IMG/VR virus record: IMGVR_UViG_3300018080_000098
Location: 248,001 to 312,000 of that record
Reading direction: 5' to 3' (one strand)
DNA: 64,000 bases
Shown one piece after another: positions 7,723-17,623 of the stretch; position 1 is the first letter of the stretch, and every line of letters starts with the position of its first letter. A program made the position numbers and the translations under genes. The notes below the pieces were generated by a model that was not told the DNA's origin, did no database searches, and worked only from the letters and a program-made list of their open reading frames with translations.

Positions 7723-9330
7723 ATGTTTCGTAACGAGAAGTCTAACCTTCTGTTCCCACGCCTCGTTTTTCTCAAGGAGACCAAGTTCAGTAGTTGGGGT
7801 GGAGACGAGCACCGCTCCACGCGAGTCTACATTCTCGACTGGAGCAGTTTGGATGAGAAAGCGGTGAAGCAAGGGGTACGGTTGTTCCCTCGGGACCACA
7901 TTGACTGGCTGAACAATTTCCGGTTCGCTTTGCCGTACCACTACCGAAGTGAAATTCGTCGCTGCGTAAAGATGGCCACTTTGGAGTGGGAGCGTCCTCT
8001 AGGCTTCGACACCAGCATTCGGGAAATGTGTTTGGGAACGGCTACGAAGTATATCGACGTTGCTTTTAGATTGCTGGCGGACTGTCCCTACGATCCGGAG
8101 AAAGACTATTTTTATCGAGGGGATGATAGAGGCGTACTACCCTTCGCGTTGATTTATCGTTTCTGGGACGGTCAGACTGGACGAGGACTTCCCTGGTTCA
8201 AAAGTGGCTTGGCGAAGTATTGTGATAAGTGGCACCGACATAAAATAGAAACGGTCCACAAACCCTACTACCACGAACCCCTTGATGCTTTCATGGTTGC
8301 TGTTCAGCACAGCGAAAAAGAATACGCAGTAGTTCACGAAGCGCGCGAAGATGCATCAGAAGAGGCTGTAGCTGAGACTTCAATAGCAGCTTCCTGCAAA
8401 CATCTCAAACGTGTAGCAAAAACGACACCTGTTCTACCCCAAGCCCTTGGTGCGGCTAACGTGTACGAGTGGATTACCGACCCAAAATTCCTCGGACGGA
8501 AAGATGTTTTTCCGCAAAACATCAAACTACTCAGTACAGCGTTCCAGGAATACTGCCCCAACTGCGGTTATCGCCCAACCAAACACAAGGAATGCCCAGT
8601 TTGCAAAAAGGATGTTACTGAAGCTTTCGCACGCCCCTACCACGAAGTAGTAGGCGTACGAGGACAGCGGTCGGGGAACACCTTCCTCAGCGCTGTGGCA
8701 GCTACATATGTGCTACACAAGATTTTTCGTTTGCCTAGACCGCTCAATGAGCAGTTTGGTATGCCGCCCAATGTGGAGATCGAGATGACTTTCGTAGACC
8801 CACTTAAAGCAATCTGGGAGACCTTCTGGCGGCTCGTACATGAATCACAGTGGTTCGCTTCAGGAAGTTTACTAGCAAAGGATCCCAGCAACCTCAAAGA
8901 AGTTTTTCTTCCAGGATGCACCTTGGTTCTACGACGAACGGACCTCAACGAATGCCACAGAGGGGGCACGCGCGTCTTCGCTACCATCGACAGTCCGGAT
9001 TGGATTGAGAGAATAACTTCTTGGGGGTACTCCGTCCAAGATGTGTACCAAGCTCTCCGTAATAGCTTAGTAACTCTTCGTGGTAGACAGAATAAAAGTG
9101 GCACCGCTCCTCTACTGTTCCTTCTCGGATCTCCAAGCCCCAACAGTTTCCTGGGTTCCCTCAAAAAATCCTCACTAGATAACGACGACCGACTTTGGGT
9201 GCAACAGCCCACGTGGGAGGTCAATCCCTTTGTTACCATGGAGCAGCTCAGAAAAGAAGACATGGGAAACCCCGCGCTCTTCTTTAGAGACTACGGCGCT
9301 CAGATACCCGAGCCTTCTGAAGACGGCTAG
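7723..9330 (+). CDS. degenerate terminase-large-subunit ATPase paralog lacking the nuclease domain
   Basis: Colinear motifs shared with 21893-24175 (AANV.EW..FLG, GQRSG, RG.TR, ALxNSL.T.R, TWE.NP, RD.. near the end). Confidence 0.7.
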   Translation: MFRNEKSNLLFPRLVFLKETKFSSWGGDEHRSTRVYILDWSSLDEKAVKQGVRLFPRDHIDWLNNFRFALPYHYRSEIRRCVKMATLEWERPLGFDTSIREMCLGTATKYIDVAFRLLADCPYDPEKDYFYRGDDRGVLPFALIYRFWDGQTGRGLPWFKSGLAKYCDKWHRHKIETVHKPYYHEPLDAFMVAVQHSEKEYAVVHEAREDASEEAVAETSIAASCKHLKRVAKTTPVLPQALGAANVYEWITDPKFLGRKDVFPQNIKLLSTAFQEYCPNCGYRPTKHKECPVCKKDVTEAFARPYHEVVGVRGQRSGNTFLSAVAATYVLHKIFRLPRPLNEQFGMPPNVEIEMTFVDPLKAIWETFWRLVHESQWFASGSLLAKDPSNLKEVFLPGCTLVLRRTDLNECHRGGTRVFATIDSPDWIERITSWGYSVQDVYQALRNSLVTLRGRQNKSGTAPLLFLLGSPSPNSFLGSLKKSSLDNDDRLWVQQPTWEVNPFVTMEQLRKEDMGNPALFFRDYGAQIPEPSEDG

Positions 9331-9378
9331 CGGGTCCCCGTACTCATCTTGTAAAATACTTTGTAGAGGTTACCAGCG

Positions 9379-9660
9379 ATGATTCGGGAAATAGCTCCAC
9401 TACTCGTAATTATTCTTGCACTCCTGATTTATTTGGGGTACCGTTGGCGGTACCGATTTACGTGTCCTCACTGTGGTAGCTCAGCTAGGGCACGAATGAA
9501 GGTGGTGTTCAACCAGATAGACCAGAAAGGAAAAAGACACAAGGTGACCGTACCCGCAGCTGGCTGCGACTCGTGCGATCACTTCTGGACGTTGAAAAAT
9601 ACGCACGTGCGCACCACCGGAGTGATTATTCCGAAAGGTACGCAGATGCGAAGACCATAA
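9379..9660 (+). CDS. small membrane-anchored zinc-ribbon protein
   Basis: N-terminal TM helix; CPHC and CDSC. Confidence 0.55.
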   Translation: MIREIAPLLVIILALLIYLGYRWRYRFTCPHCGSSARARMKVVFNQIDQKGKRHKVTVPAAGCDSCDHFWTLKNTHVRTTGVIIPKGTQMRRP

Positions 9661-9671
9661 AGGAGAAATCA

Positions 9672-9887
9672 ATGAGCACTTACAGATGGCCCGATGAAAA
9701 CGAGGACGGCGGCTACGACGAAGGCACCGAGTGGGTCTGTTGCTCCTGTGGCTTCAGCCAGAAAATCGGCACAGAAGACATGGACCCACGAGGTTGCGAA
9801 CGCTGTGGCGGACCGACTTGCATGGACTGCTGGACTGATATTGGCTACTGCGCCAAATGTGAGCGAGAAACTAGGGACGAAGCATAA
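9672..9887 (+). CDS. small Cys-rich protein
   Basis: AGGAG RBS; four CxxC-like pairs. Confidence 0.55.
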   Translation: MSTYRWPDENEDGGYDEGTEWVCCSCGFSQKIGTEDMDPRGCERCGGPTCMDCWTDIGYCAKCERETRDEA

Positions 9888-9889
9888 CA

Positions 9890-10258
9890 ATGCTCGACCG
9901 GATGCACGAACAACTTGACCTGGCGCTGTCCATCGCCACGAAGGCCCACGCTGGTCAGGTGGACAAGGCTAGACAACCGTACATCCTGCACCCGCTGCGC
10001 GTAATGGCACAGCTGGATGACATTCAGGACAAAATCGTTGCAGTGCTCCATGATGTGATAAAGGTGATGGTGAGCCCCTCGAGCCCATGCAGGAGTTCAA
10101 CATCTTCGGTGTGTTCGCTCACTACCTCGCGGAAACCCTTCCCGACGGCAGCGACGCTCAGAAAGTCTGTCAGTCCACCTTCGAGCAAATACAAAAACTC
10201 GTGCTGGAGTGGCGCGCGTCCACTCTCGGAGAAGCTATCGTGGTGGCAGACAAACTAA
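9890..10258 (+). pseudogene. truncated HD-domain hydrolase (RelA/SpoT hydrolase-like)
   Basis: AH.GQ.DK..QPYILHPLRV..VAVLHDV, after which similarity ends and the frame turns low-complexity. Confidence 0.6.
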
Positions 10259-10296
10259 GGAAAGGCTACGATGGCAGCTAGAATTAAAGGAACATA

Positions 10297-10659
10297 ATGA
10301 GTGACCCCACCGACAACCAAACGACTCCTGAGGAGCTCTACGAGTACATCGTGAGATGTCTCCGCAAGTCTCTGGACCCACCCACGCGGGATACTATCCG
10401 CCGCGCCCGAGAAACACTCCTCAATCAGGTTGACGAGTCCACAGCTGACTACGTGAAGGTGGCGCAATCCCGTGGTGTGAAGTTCGACAGCGGTCTCACA
10501 CTGGACGTGCAGTTCCGCTACAACCGAGACCTAGAGGTGTGGGAGTTCGTCAAGCTAACACAGAGCGGTGAAATAGAGTTGCCCAAGCCACTCAAGTTCG
10601 TTGCCACCAAGTTTCTAGTAGACGAAAAGTTCTGGCAAAATGAAGATGAGACTGACTAA
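10297..10659 (+). CDS. hypothetical protein
   Basis: ORF with RBS in a co-oriented cluster. Confidence 0.55.
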   Translation: MSDPTDNQTTPEELYEYIVRCLRKSLDPPTRDTIRRARETLLNQVDESTADYVKVAQSRGVKFDSGLTLDVQFRYNRDLEVWEFVKLTQSGEIELPKPLKFVATKFLVDEKFWQNEDETD

Positions 10660-10891
10660 GCCTATCCTCGTCCGCTGGGCCAACCACCACAAGAAGGACT
10701 TCGAGCTCGGAGACCCCGAAGTGACCATCACACTTCCCGTGGGCACCGAGGTCAAGCTGGAAGCACAGTACACAATCAACTCCGGAAAAATATTCGACTA
10801 TGCTACGCTGGAGCTCTGTGACTTCACCTACAAAAATCCCTTGTCAGGAATCACCTCGAGAGGTACAATACCTGCTAGTTGCTTGGAGTGA
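10640..10891 (+). CDS. hypothetical protein
   Basis: Overlapping operon packing. Confidence 0.5.
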   Translation: MKMRLTKPILVRWANHHKKDFELGDPEVTITLPVGTEVKLEAQYTINSGKIFDYATLELCDFTYKNPLSGITSRGTIPASCLE

Positions 10892-11136
10892 GAACCGCAG
10901 TGAAAGAAGCAGAACGTTACGAGAAGTTCCTCAGAAAACGCTGTCCCGATCTCAGCGAAGAAGACCTCGCGCAAGAGCTCGAGATACTAGCGTCCATGAA
11001 TGCAGCGCAGGACATAGCGGTGTACACTTGCAAATGTGGCCGTACGCATTACGTGGAGTACGTGCCACCACCTCACGCGTACTACCCACGGAGTTCCATT
11101 TGCGCGTGTGGGCACGAGGTGGTGTTTGGAGAATAA
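10888..11136 (+). CDS. small zinc-binding protein
   Basis: CKCG and CACG; GTGA overlap. Confidence 0.5.
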   Translation: MRTAVKEAERYEKFLRKRCPDLSEEDLAQELEILASMNAAQDIAVYTCKCGRTHYVEYVPPPHAYYPRSSICACGHEVVFGE

Positions 11137-11143
11137 TGGTTGC

Positions 11144-11226
11144 GCGGCCATGGCGAAATTGGCAGACGCAGCGGGTTTAAGCCCCGCTGGAGTAATTCCG
11201 TCCGGGTTCGAATCCCGGTGGCCGCA
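11144..11226 (+). tRNA. tRNA-Leu(TAA)
   Basis: GCGGCCA/TGGCCGC acceptor, anticodon TAA at 11178-11180, long variable arm, TTCGAAT loop. Confidence 0.92.
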
Positions 11227-11331
11227 AATGTAAAATGTAAAGGGTAGGAGGAACCTGTGGCTGCCCGGACATAGTGTGGAAGATTGACACCTCCACGATC
11301 GGCCCTCAGATGGAGTACAAGGAGAACCAAA

Positions 11332-11562
11332 ATGAAACGACGTGATTTTCTCAAGGTAAGCGGCGCAGCCCTAGTGGCCACCCAACTACCGCTTGGACAG
11401 GAGAAAGAACAAAAATTCTCCGAAGGGTCTGATGGTACACGCTACTACGAGCTCGACGTTTCCCAGTTTAGTTTCGGTTCAAATCCGAAAGGGAGCATTA
11501 AGGAGATCAAATGGTCGAAAGCTTGCAGTGGCCCGCGCGCAGAACCAGCTCGAGCTCGCTAA
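11332..11562 (+). CDS. small protein with a twin-arginine (Tat)-like signal
   Basis: MKRRDFLKVSGAALVA after an AGGAG RBS. Confidence 0.55.
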   Translation: MKRRDFLKVSGAALVATQLPLGQEKEQKFSEGSDGTRYYELDVSQFSFGSNPKGSIKEIKWSKACSGPRAEPARAR

Positions 11563-11611
11563 GTTACAGTGCGACGACTTGCCACTAGTCTAGTTTTAGT
11601 TACTCTTTCGT

Positions 11612-12286
11612 ATGCAACCAAGGAAACTCAAGTACCGGAGACGCTTGTACGTATGTGCAGACATCTACGAACGTACGGATGACGTGGTACAATGGATGGT
11701 AGAGAACCGTCATCAGCTGATGGATCCTGACACCTGTGAGTGGAACTACGATAAGGTTGCCGCGGCTGCTCAGAAGCACTTCGCTGATGCTGCCGACGTG
11801 GACTTCCGATTCGCCGCCATCTCTGCGTGGAAGCGCGTAGCAGATGAGCAAGAGATTTGTCTGCGGAAGAAGTTGGAAGAGCAGGGCGGAGACCCGATGG
11901 AGCTCTACCGAGGTTGGCGACGCACCTCCTCGAGGAGTGGGGACATGAAAAGGCTTACCTACAAGGGGCGCACGTATGTTCGTGTAGCTGCGCAGGACGA
12001 CTACAAAGGTACCGCTGAGTTTCTCGTGACCAATCCCAAGGCGTCGTACTCGGTGTACATCGGGCGCGAGTTCAACCCAGCTAACGGTCGCTACGAGCAT
12101 ATCGGCGGTCTGCTAGCGAAATACGATCCGGACAGTAACTCCACGTCTGTTTTCCTAATCGATATCCCTCAAAACTATTTGTCAGATAAGTGGGAACCTG
12201 CTCCGACAGGCGCTCCTCTGGCAACGGTTTCCGGCGATGCCCCCGATGAAGCAGTGAAAAAAGCTGGCTTCGATACCCGCGACTAG
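11612..12286 (+). CDS. hypothetical protein with YKG motif
   Basis: Internal RLTYKGRTYVRVAA; possible internal start at 11945. Confidence 0.55.
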   Translation: MQPRKLKYRRRLYVCADIYERTDDVVQWMVENRHQLMDPDTCEWNYDKVAAAAQKHFADAADVDFRFAAISAWKRVADEQEICLRKKLEEQGGDPMELYRGWRRTSSRSGDMKRLTYKGRTYVRVAAQDDYKGTAEFLVTNPKASYSVYIGREFNPANGRYEHIGGLLAKYDPDSNSTSVFLIDIPQNYLSDKWEPAPTGAPLATVSGDAPDEAVKKAGFDTRD

Positions 12287-12290
12287 CTAC

Positions 12291-13688
12291 ATGCAGAAGC
12301 TTCTGTACAAAGGCCGCGTGTACAAACGCGCGCTATCCAATACAGGGTACGACTCGGTAAGCTACCACTCCGAGCAGGAGATGAAAGGTCTGCGTCCAAG
12401 CCCACTTTACGGTGTCATTTCCATCACCGATCCCGGCAGAACCGCTAACCTGCCCGAGGGGTGGGGGAGCATCCTGCGTCTCCAGTTCGACGATGTTGAA
12501 GAACCAGATCCCTACAAACCCTACGGTGACCCCTATGCCCGGTCCTCTGATCTATTCACTACCCAAGACGCTCAGAAAATCATCCAATGGCTCAACGCTA
12601 ACAAACGTGAGCTCGCGGGTGTCTACGTGCACTGCTGGGGAGGAGTCTCCCGCTCCGCAGCCGTCGCCAAATTCATCGCAGAAAAATATGGCATCCCCTT
12701 CGACCACTCCTACGACAAGTACAACACGCTAGTCTACGACCTGCTTAAACAGGAAGATGGTAACGCAGCGACCTCGCGTACAGCTGCGAGTTATAGTAGC
12801 GATACACTATTTTTGGCTAAGAGTGTACATACTCCGAAGGACTGGTGCTACGACCACATCGGCTTTGTGGATAAAGCTACCGGAAACTTCGTACAGATGA
12901 GTGGACATCGGCATAAGGAAGGCGTATTTTCACTATCCAAGTTGACTGATGAGCCCACTATCCAATCCGACCACTACGATACCATAAAGCTTCCGAAGAC
13001 CGTCACATTTACCAGAAACCCACTAGGAGCAGTTAACTGCGTTACCTTTGTTGTTGCTGTCCTCAACGCGAATGGTATCGATAGATGGGACCGGGAAGAC
13101 TTCCATCGCATCTTCAAGTGCGACAAGTCTACGACTGCTAGCAGTAACAAGACCACAATTCGATATAAAGGTGCCACCTACCGCCGTGCCTACGCCGATG
13201 ATTACCTCTACCACATCACCTACGTTGGTAGCCTCCCCGCCATCGCTGCTCGAGGACTTCACCCGGGTACCGGTGTCACCTTTGGCAAGGGCTACTCCGG
13301 TTACTCCGCAGGAAAACTGTTCCTGTCTGAGTGGGACGGCGTAGGTTTCTGGGTGGACCGCTTGGGAGCTATGGCCGAGAATCGCGCCGACAACCCCGTC
13401 CAAGACGGCCTCATTCCCATCGTTATCCGTGTCCCCGATGGCATCGTGCCCGACGTCGAAGAAGATACTCCTGGCACCCACGATTCCAATGCCGGTGCGT
13501 GGACAACCACCCAACCAATCCCACCTTCCCAACTCGAGGTGTACGACGGCGCCTCGTGGCTTCCCCTCTCCTCCGTCGACCACGAAATGCTTACTGAGGA
13601 AGCCTACGAAGCCGCTGAAAAAGAATTCGAGGACGACGAGGAGCTCGTCTACTTGAACGCTTCTCAGTTCGAACCCACCTTTTCGTAG
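12291..13688 (+). CDS. multidomain effector: PTP/DSP phosphatase, permuted papain-like domain, ADP-ribosyltransferase-like domain
   Basis: VHCWGGVSRS (CX5R); DHIG...NCVTFV; YLYHIT..SLPAIAARGLHP; two YKG motifs. Confidence 0.7.
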   Translation: MQKLLYKGRVYKRALSNTGYDSVSYHSEQEMKGLRPSPLYGVISITDPGRTANLPEGWGSILRLQFDDVEEPDPYKPYGDPYARSSDLFTTQDAQKIIQWLNANKRELAGVYVHCWGGVSRSAAVAKFIAEKYGIPFDHSYDKYNTLVYDLLKQEDGNAATSRTAASYSSDTLFLAKSVHTPKDWCYDHIGFVDKATGNFVQMSGHRHKEGVFSLSKLTDEPTIQSDHYDTIKLPKTVTFTRNPLGAVNCVTFVVAVLNANGIDRWDREDFHRIFKCDKSTTASSNKTTIRYKGATYRRAYADDYLYHITYVGSLPAIAARGLHPGTGVTFGKGYSGYSAGKLFLSEWDGVGFWVDRLGAMAENRADNPVQDGLIPIVIRVPDGIVPDVEEDTPGTHDSNAGAWTTTQPIPPSQLEVYDGASWLPLSSVDHEMLTEEAYEAAEKEFEDDEELVYLNASQFEPTFS

Positions 13689-13824
13689 CCTACAATCCTC
13701 TTGACATCCCAGGTAAGCACGCTATATCATGCGTGTTGGAGGACATTTCCATGCTTCAGAGATTGCGCTTGCTGGCGCAGCAGTTCTTCTCGCTCTGAGC
13801 TGCTGCAAGGGAGAAACATACACC

Positions 13825-14364
13825 ATGACCTACCCCACCAATCTACGCACACTTGTACTAAACCAGGGCTACGAGCCCATCCGGGTAATCAATTGGCAGC
13901 GCGCCGTCACCATGGTCTGGCTCGACAAGGCGTCTGTGCTCAGCGAGTACGACGACGCAGTGCATTCCAAGCACCTAACTTGGAACATCCCAGCTGTTAT
14001 TGGGCTTCGCTACAAAACCAAGCGGTTCGTGCCAGATGTCAAGCTAACCCGGCAGTACGTTTACGCGAGAGATTTGTGGTGTTGCCAATACTGTGGCCAG
14101 AAGTTCCCTGCTTCGAAGCTCACCTTCGACCACGTCGTACCGCGAGCTCGCGGCGGCAGAACTACCTGGACCAACGTGGTCACTTGTTGCACACCGTGCA
14201 ATCAGCAGAAGGGTGACCTTCCGCTCAAAGATTGCGGGCTCACATTGCTACGTAAACCCCGGAAGCCCAGATGGATGCCTGCGCTCCTCGTGAAAAGTTT
14301 CTCCGAGCGTGGTGTCCCAAACCAGTGGCACGATTACATCGGGTGGCTACGTGCTGCTGCCTGA
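13825..14364 (+). CDS. HNH endonuclease
   Basis: RD..CQYCG..LTFDHVVPRARGG.TTW.NVVTCC..CN..KG. Confidence 0.9.
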   Translation: MTYPTNLRTLVLNQGYEPIRVINWQRAVTMVWLDKASVLSEYDDAVHSKHLTWNIPAVIGLRYKTKRFVPDVKLTRQYVYARDLWCCQYCGQKFPASKLTFDHVVPRARGGRTTWTNVVTCCTPCNQQKGDLPLKDCGLTLLRKPRKPRWMPALLVKSFSERGVPNQWHDYIGWLRAAA

Positions 14365-14651
14365 TTCTCTGCTTCCTCCCCACATCCATGTTATTCTTTA
14401 CCACTAATATCTGTGAGGAGAGGTCTATGCAATTTTGGGTGCGCATATCTATTTTGGTTGCTGCGCTTACCATCATCTTCGCTGGAGCAATCATGCTCAT
14501 TCGACTTAGCGGCAACTAATTCCTGTTCAACTATTTGGAACAAACCACATTCACCAACTTTCTGTTTCAGGTTATCTTCTACTTGAACATGCTGCTGGTT
14601 CCAGTGGCAGAGGTAGTTTTTCGCTGACATATCATCAGCAAGGAGACACTA

Positions 14652-15050
14652 ATGGGATACCGAACCATTCTTTCCAGCCCCATGCGCTTGACCATCCAGA
14701 ATACCTCTGGGCACCGCGTTGTCGTTTCCGGCGCGAACATCGCTCCAGGAGGCGAGCGTGAAGTAGCAGGCCAGGTGTTCGTGAACGACAAATACCGCGC
14801 AGAAGAACTCTCGACACTCATCCGTGCAGGCTCTATTCAGGTACTCCTGAACGGCCAAGGGTATGTAGGTTACACGCTGACCGCAGACCACGTAGAGTCG
14901 CTAGCCGCAAGCGGTGTGCTTCCACAGCAGGTCATTCCGATGCTGCCGACTGCGTCCCTTCCCGCGAACACGGATGTTCCAGTTGGTTTCATGGCCTACG
15001 ATACCACCCTGACAGCGCTGGTAACCAACGATGGGGCCGCTTGGGTGTAG
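14652..15050 (+). CDS. hypothetical, possibly virion protein
   Basis: AGGAG RBS; beta-rich composition. Confidence 0.5.
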   Translation: MGYRTILSSPMRLTIQNTSGHRVVVSGANIAPGGEREVAGQVFVNDKYRAEELSTLIRAGSIQVLLNGQGYVGYTLTADHVESLAASGVLPQQVIPMLPTASLPANTDVPVGFMAYDTTLTALVTNDGAAWV

Positions 15051-15066
15051 CGTAAGCTAGCATCCG

Positions 15067-15519
15067 ATGCCAAGATTACCCAACATCCTGAAGTACCGGG
15101 GAGCTGTCTATCAACAAGTCTGTGCAGCAGACGAAGACAACTCCCTGGTGCAGCAGCTGGAAGACGAGGTCGACAAGGCTATCGCTGCGCTCGGAGGGCA
15201 TCGGACTGGCCAGAAGGTTGGTGGTCCCGACAAGCTCCGCAACAGCGGTGAGCCTTGGTCGACCGAGGTTGTTGTAAAAGTATCTAAGCTGCAGCCAGAA
15301 ACAGACCTGGCCACTGCTTTCCCCTACAGCACCATCGAGTGGTGTGGCTGGGTGGAGGCCAGCTTGGTGGACGACAAGCTCCAGCTGTCCGCTTCGGGTA
15401 ACCTTGCTCTCGATGGCCTGTGCCACGACGAGCAGGCTCGCATCCTCGGTAGAGAGGATGTGGTAGTCGGTGATTGGGATGGCGAAGGGTGGACGTGGCG
15501 CCGTGATGTCCGCGGCTGA
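15067..15519 (+). CDS. hypothetical protein with N-terminal YKG-type motif
   Basis: PNILKYRGAVYQQV. Confidence 0.6.
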   Translation: MPRLPNILKYRGAVYQQVCAADEDNSLVQQLEDEVDKAIAALGGHRTGQKVGGPDKLRNSGEPWSTEVVVKVSKLQPETDLATAFPYSTIEWCGWVEASLVDDKLQLSASGNLALDGLCHDEQARILGREDVVVGDWDGEGWTWRRDVRG

Positions 15520-16489
15520 GAACAACATGCTACAAGTACTCGAATTGAAACCTGTACGCGACTATAGCACCATCCGTGAGGATGCGCTCCAACCGTTCTT
15601 GCGAGCGGCAGCTGGGAGCACCGACGGGCTCGACCAACGTGTCAAGGATTTCCGTACGCACGTAGTCCGGGTGCTGGGCTCCCGTGTGTTCAATCACCCC
15701 CGAGAACAGCTCCTTACCGAGCTCAAAGACGAGGCGCGTACGTGGGGCCTCAACTTCGATACCGATCCCACAAAAGTCCTCGAGTTCGTAGAGCAAAACC
15801 CTGTCGCCCTGCGGCTTCCTCTCAACAAGCTGCTCCAGGTTCCCGCTAGCCACGATACACTCCTCGGTGTCCTCGCAGATGCCATCGAGTCTATCGTGGT
15901 CCGCATTGTCCTGAATTCCAATCAAAAGGATATTCAAGAAGCTCTCCAGCGCGCCCGTGCTGCTTCCTCGTTAGGAGGAGGGATAGGACATCCCGGGCTC
16001 AGCGCTCTCGATGTGACCCAACTCAAACAATGGCCCTTCCCGGCGCTCAAGCAGCACACTTTTCAATACCTCGACAAGGTGGTAGAGGAGTGGGTAAAGA
16101 ATACTGCCTCCATACAGCAGCTCGTACCGGATGAGCTGCACTCCTTCATGATCCACAATGCACCACGTACAGAAGCCCTGGCGCCCTCTGAAAAAATCGA
16201 TTTGCTCAGGAAGTCGAAAACACTCCCCCTAGCGAAGGTTGCTCCTATCCTCAGGAAAATGAACGCCCAACGCAACAACGTTGGCGACGTTGTCTCTGCA
16301 TCTCTCGATTCGGCTTTGCTCGAAAATGCTGTAAAATGGTTCGAGGAAGTGGGAAGAGGTATCAATTGGGGAGCTCAATTTTCATCACTTCTCGGAAGAG
16401 GGGACCAACCTTCAGATTCTTCGTTGGGGGAAGATGGAAAGACCGTTCCTCCTCACCACGATAGAGACATGCCGACCCGAATCGATTAG
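15506..16489 (+). CDS. hypothetical protein
   Basis: Long ORF in an operon; start uncertain. Confidence 0.6.
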   Translation: MSAAENNMLQVLELKPVRDYSTIREDALQPFLRAAAGSTDGLDQRVKDFRTHVVRVLGSRVFNHPREQLLTELKDEARTWGLNFDTDPTKVLEFVEQNPVALRLPLNKLLQVPASHDTLLGVLADAIESIVVRIVLNSNQKDIQEALQRARAASSLGGGIGHPGLSALDVTQLKQWPFPALKQHTFQYLDKVVEEWVKNTASIQQLVPDELHSFMIHNAPRTEALAPSEKIDLLRKSKTLPLAKVAPILRKMNAQRNNVGDVVSASLDSALLENAVKWFEEVGRGINWGAQFSSLLGRGDQPSDSSLGEDGKTVPPHHDRDMPTRID

Positions 16490-16498
16490 TTTTCAACG

Positions 16499-17611
16499 AT
16501 GCCTATCTACGACTACCATCGTCGAGTGCTCAGCCCCACCGTGTGGAAGGTAGACGAGCTGCGACCGGCACCGCGAGTGCGTAAACAGCTGCGCAATCAG
16601 CTTCGTACCCGTTTCCCGCAAGCGGGCCGAGTCTTCATTGCAGGCGATTTAGCTGGGCACTACTACCACGAGGCTTCCCCGCTCGACCTGATCCTCCTCG
16701 TTCCTCCCAACACCGTCAACGATTACCGCCGCGAAGCTGAAGTCGTAAACGGGTACCTCCTCGACGGTACCGAACATGGCGTGTACTTCCACATCCTCCC
16801 CGATACCGTCAAGCCCGAGCTCCTAGGAGAGAAATTCGGTCCAGTTTTCGATATCAGCATGGACCGATGGTTTGGCAAACGTGTCACAGGCAACACCGAG
16901 CTCACTCGACCCGACGCGCTTCTACAGCACATCAAGTGGAAGCTCTACAAAGTTAAGGAGTACGACCAGGAGGTCTATCCCTACCAATGGGAAATCCTCG
17001 GAGAAGCTGTGCGCCACCTTTCACAAGCAGGTAGGCAACAGCTGAAGGATGAGCTCAAGCAAGTCGTGGCACGCATGGAACGCGGTATCGGAAAGGTCCT
17101 CAAAACCTATCAAGACCCAGCCATCTGGCGCAACGCTTCCGCTCTGCAAAACCTTCTCCACGACGACTATGACGGTGAAGATATCTTCGGGTACGTGCAG
17201 GCCAACAAAATTCCCACCCCCGTCGTCCTAGCTATGCTCAACGTCCTCCGCTATGAAGATGTGCTTGAAGCTGTCACCGAAATCGATGAGCACATACAGG
17301 AAGAAACTGAAGCGCAAAGCATGATGAGCGGTGTGCAGCTGCAGCAGATTACAGGCACCACCCACAAAAAAGCCGGGCGCGCTGCCTCTGAGTACCTCTG
17401 GAAGCGCCTCGCTAATCTCGTAGACCTCGTCATCCTGCAAAACGGTGGCTACGGTAACGCTGTGGAGACTGTCGTCCAAGTTGTCGAACGTATCCTCGAA
17501 AACAGCCGCTACATGAATACGGGCCCTCGTCGGCGCCAAGTTGCGCTACGGCTCTACAAAAAATTCTACCGTCATATGAAATCTCCCGCTACCAAAAAGA
17601 AGTGGGGATAG
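16499..17611 (+). CDS. nucleotidyltransferase-fold-like protein, probably inactive
   Basis: FIAGDLAGHYYHEASPLDLILLV resembles the pol-beta GS..DxD motif with substitutions. Confidence 0.4.
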   Translation: MPIYDYHRRVLSPTVWKVDELRPAPRVRKQLRNQLRTRFPQAGRVFIAGDLAGHYYHEASPLDLILLVPPNTVNDYRREAEVVNGYLLDGTEHGVYFHILPDTVKPELLGEKFGPVFDISMDRWFGKRVTGNTELTRPDALLQHIKWKLYKVKEYDQEVYPYQWEILGEAVRHLSQAGRQQLKDELKQVVARMERGIGKVLKTYQDPAIWRNASALQNLLHDDYDGEDIFGYVQANKIPTPVVLAMLNVLRYEDVLEAVTEIDEHIQEETEAQSMMSGVQLQQITGTTHKKAGRAASEYLWKRLANLVDLVILQNGGYGNAVETVVQVVERILENSRYMNTGPRRRQVALRLYKKFYRHMKSPATKKKWG

Positions 17612-17623
17612 GAGTCGTACACG

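Noticed and set aside
13825-14364. HNH as the nuclease of the RAMP/pentamer system or as Cas9/IscB
   Set aside because: It is a common stand-alone HNH 44 kb away with no RuvC motifs and no linking evidence
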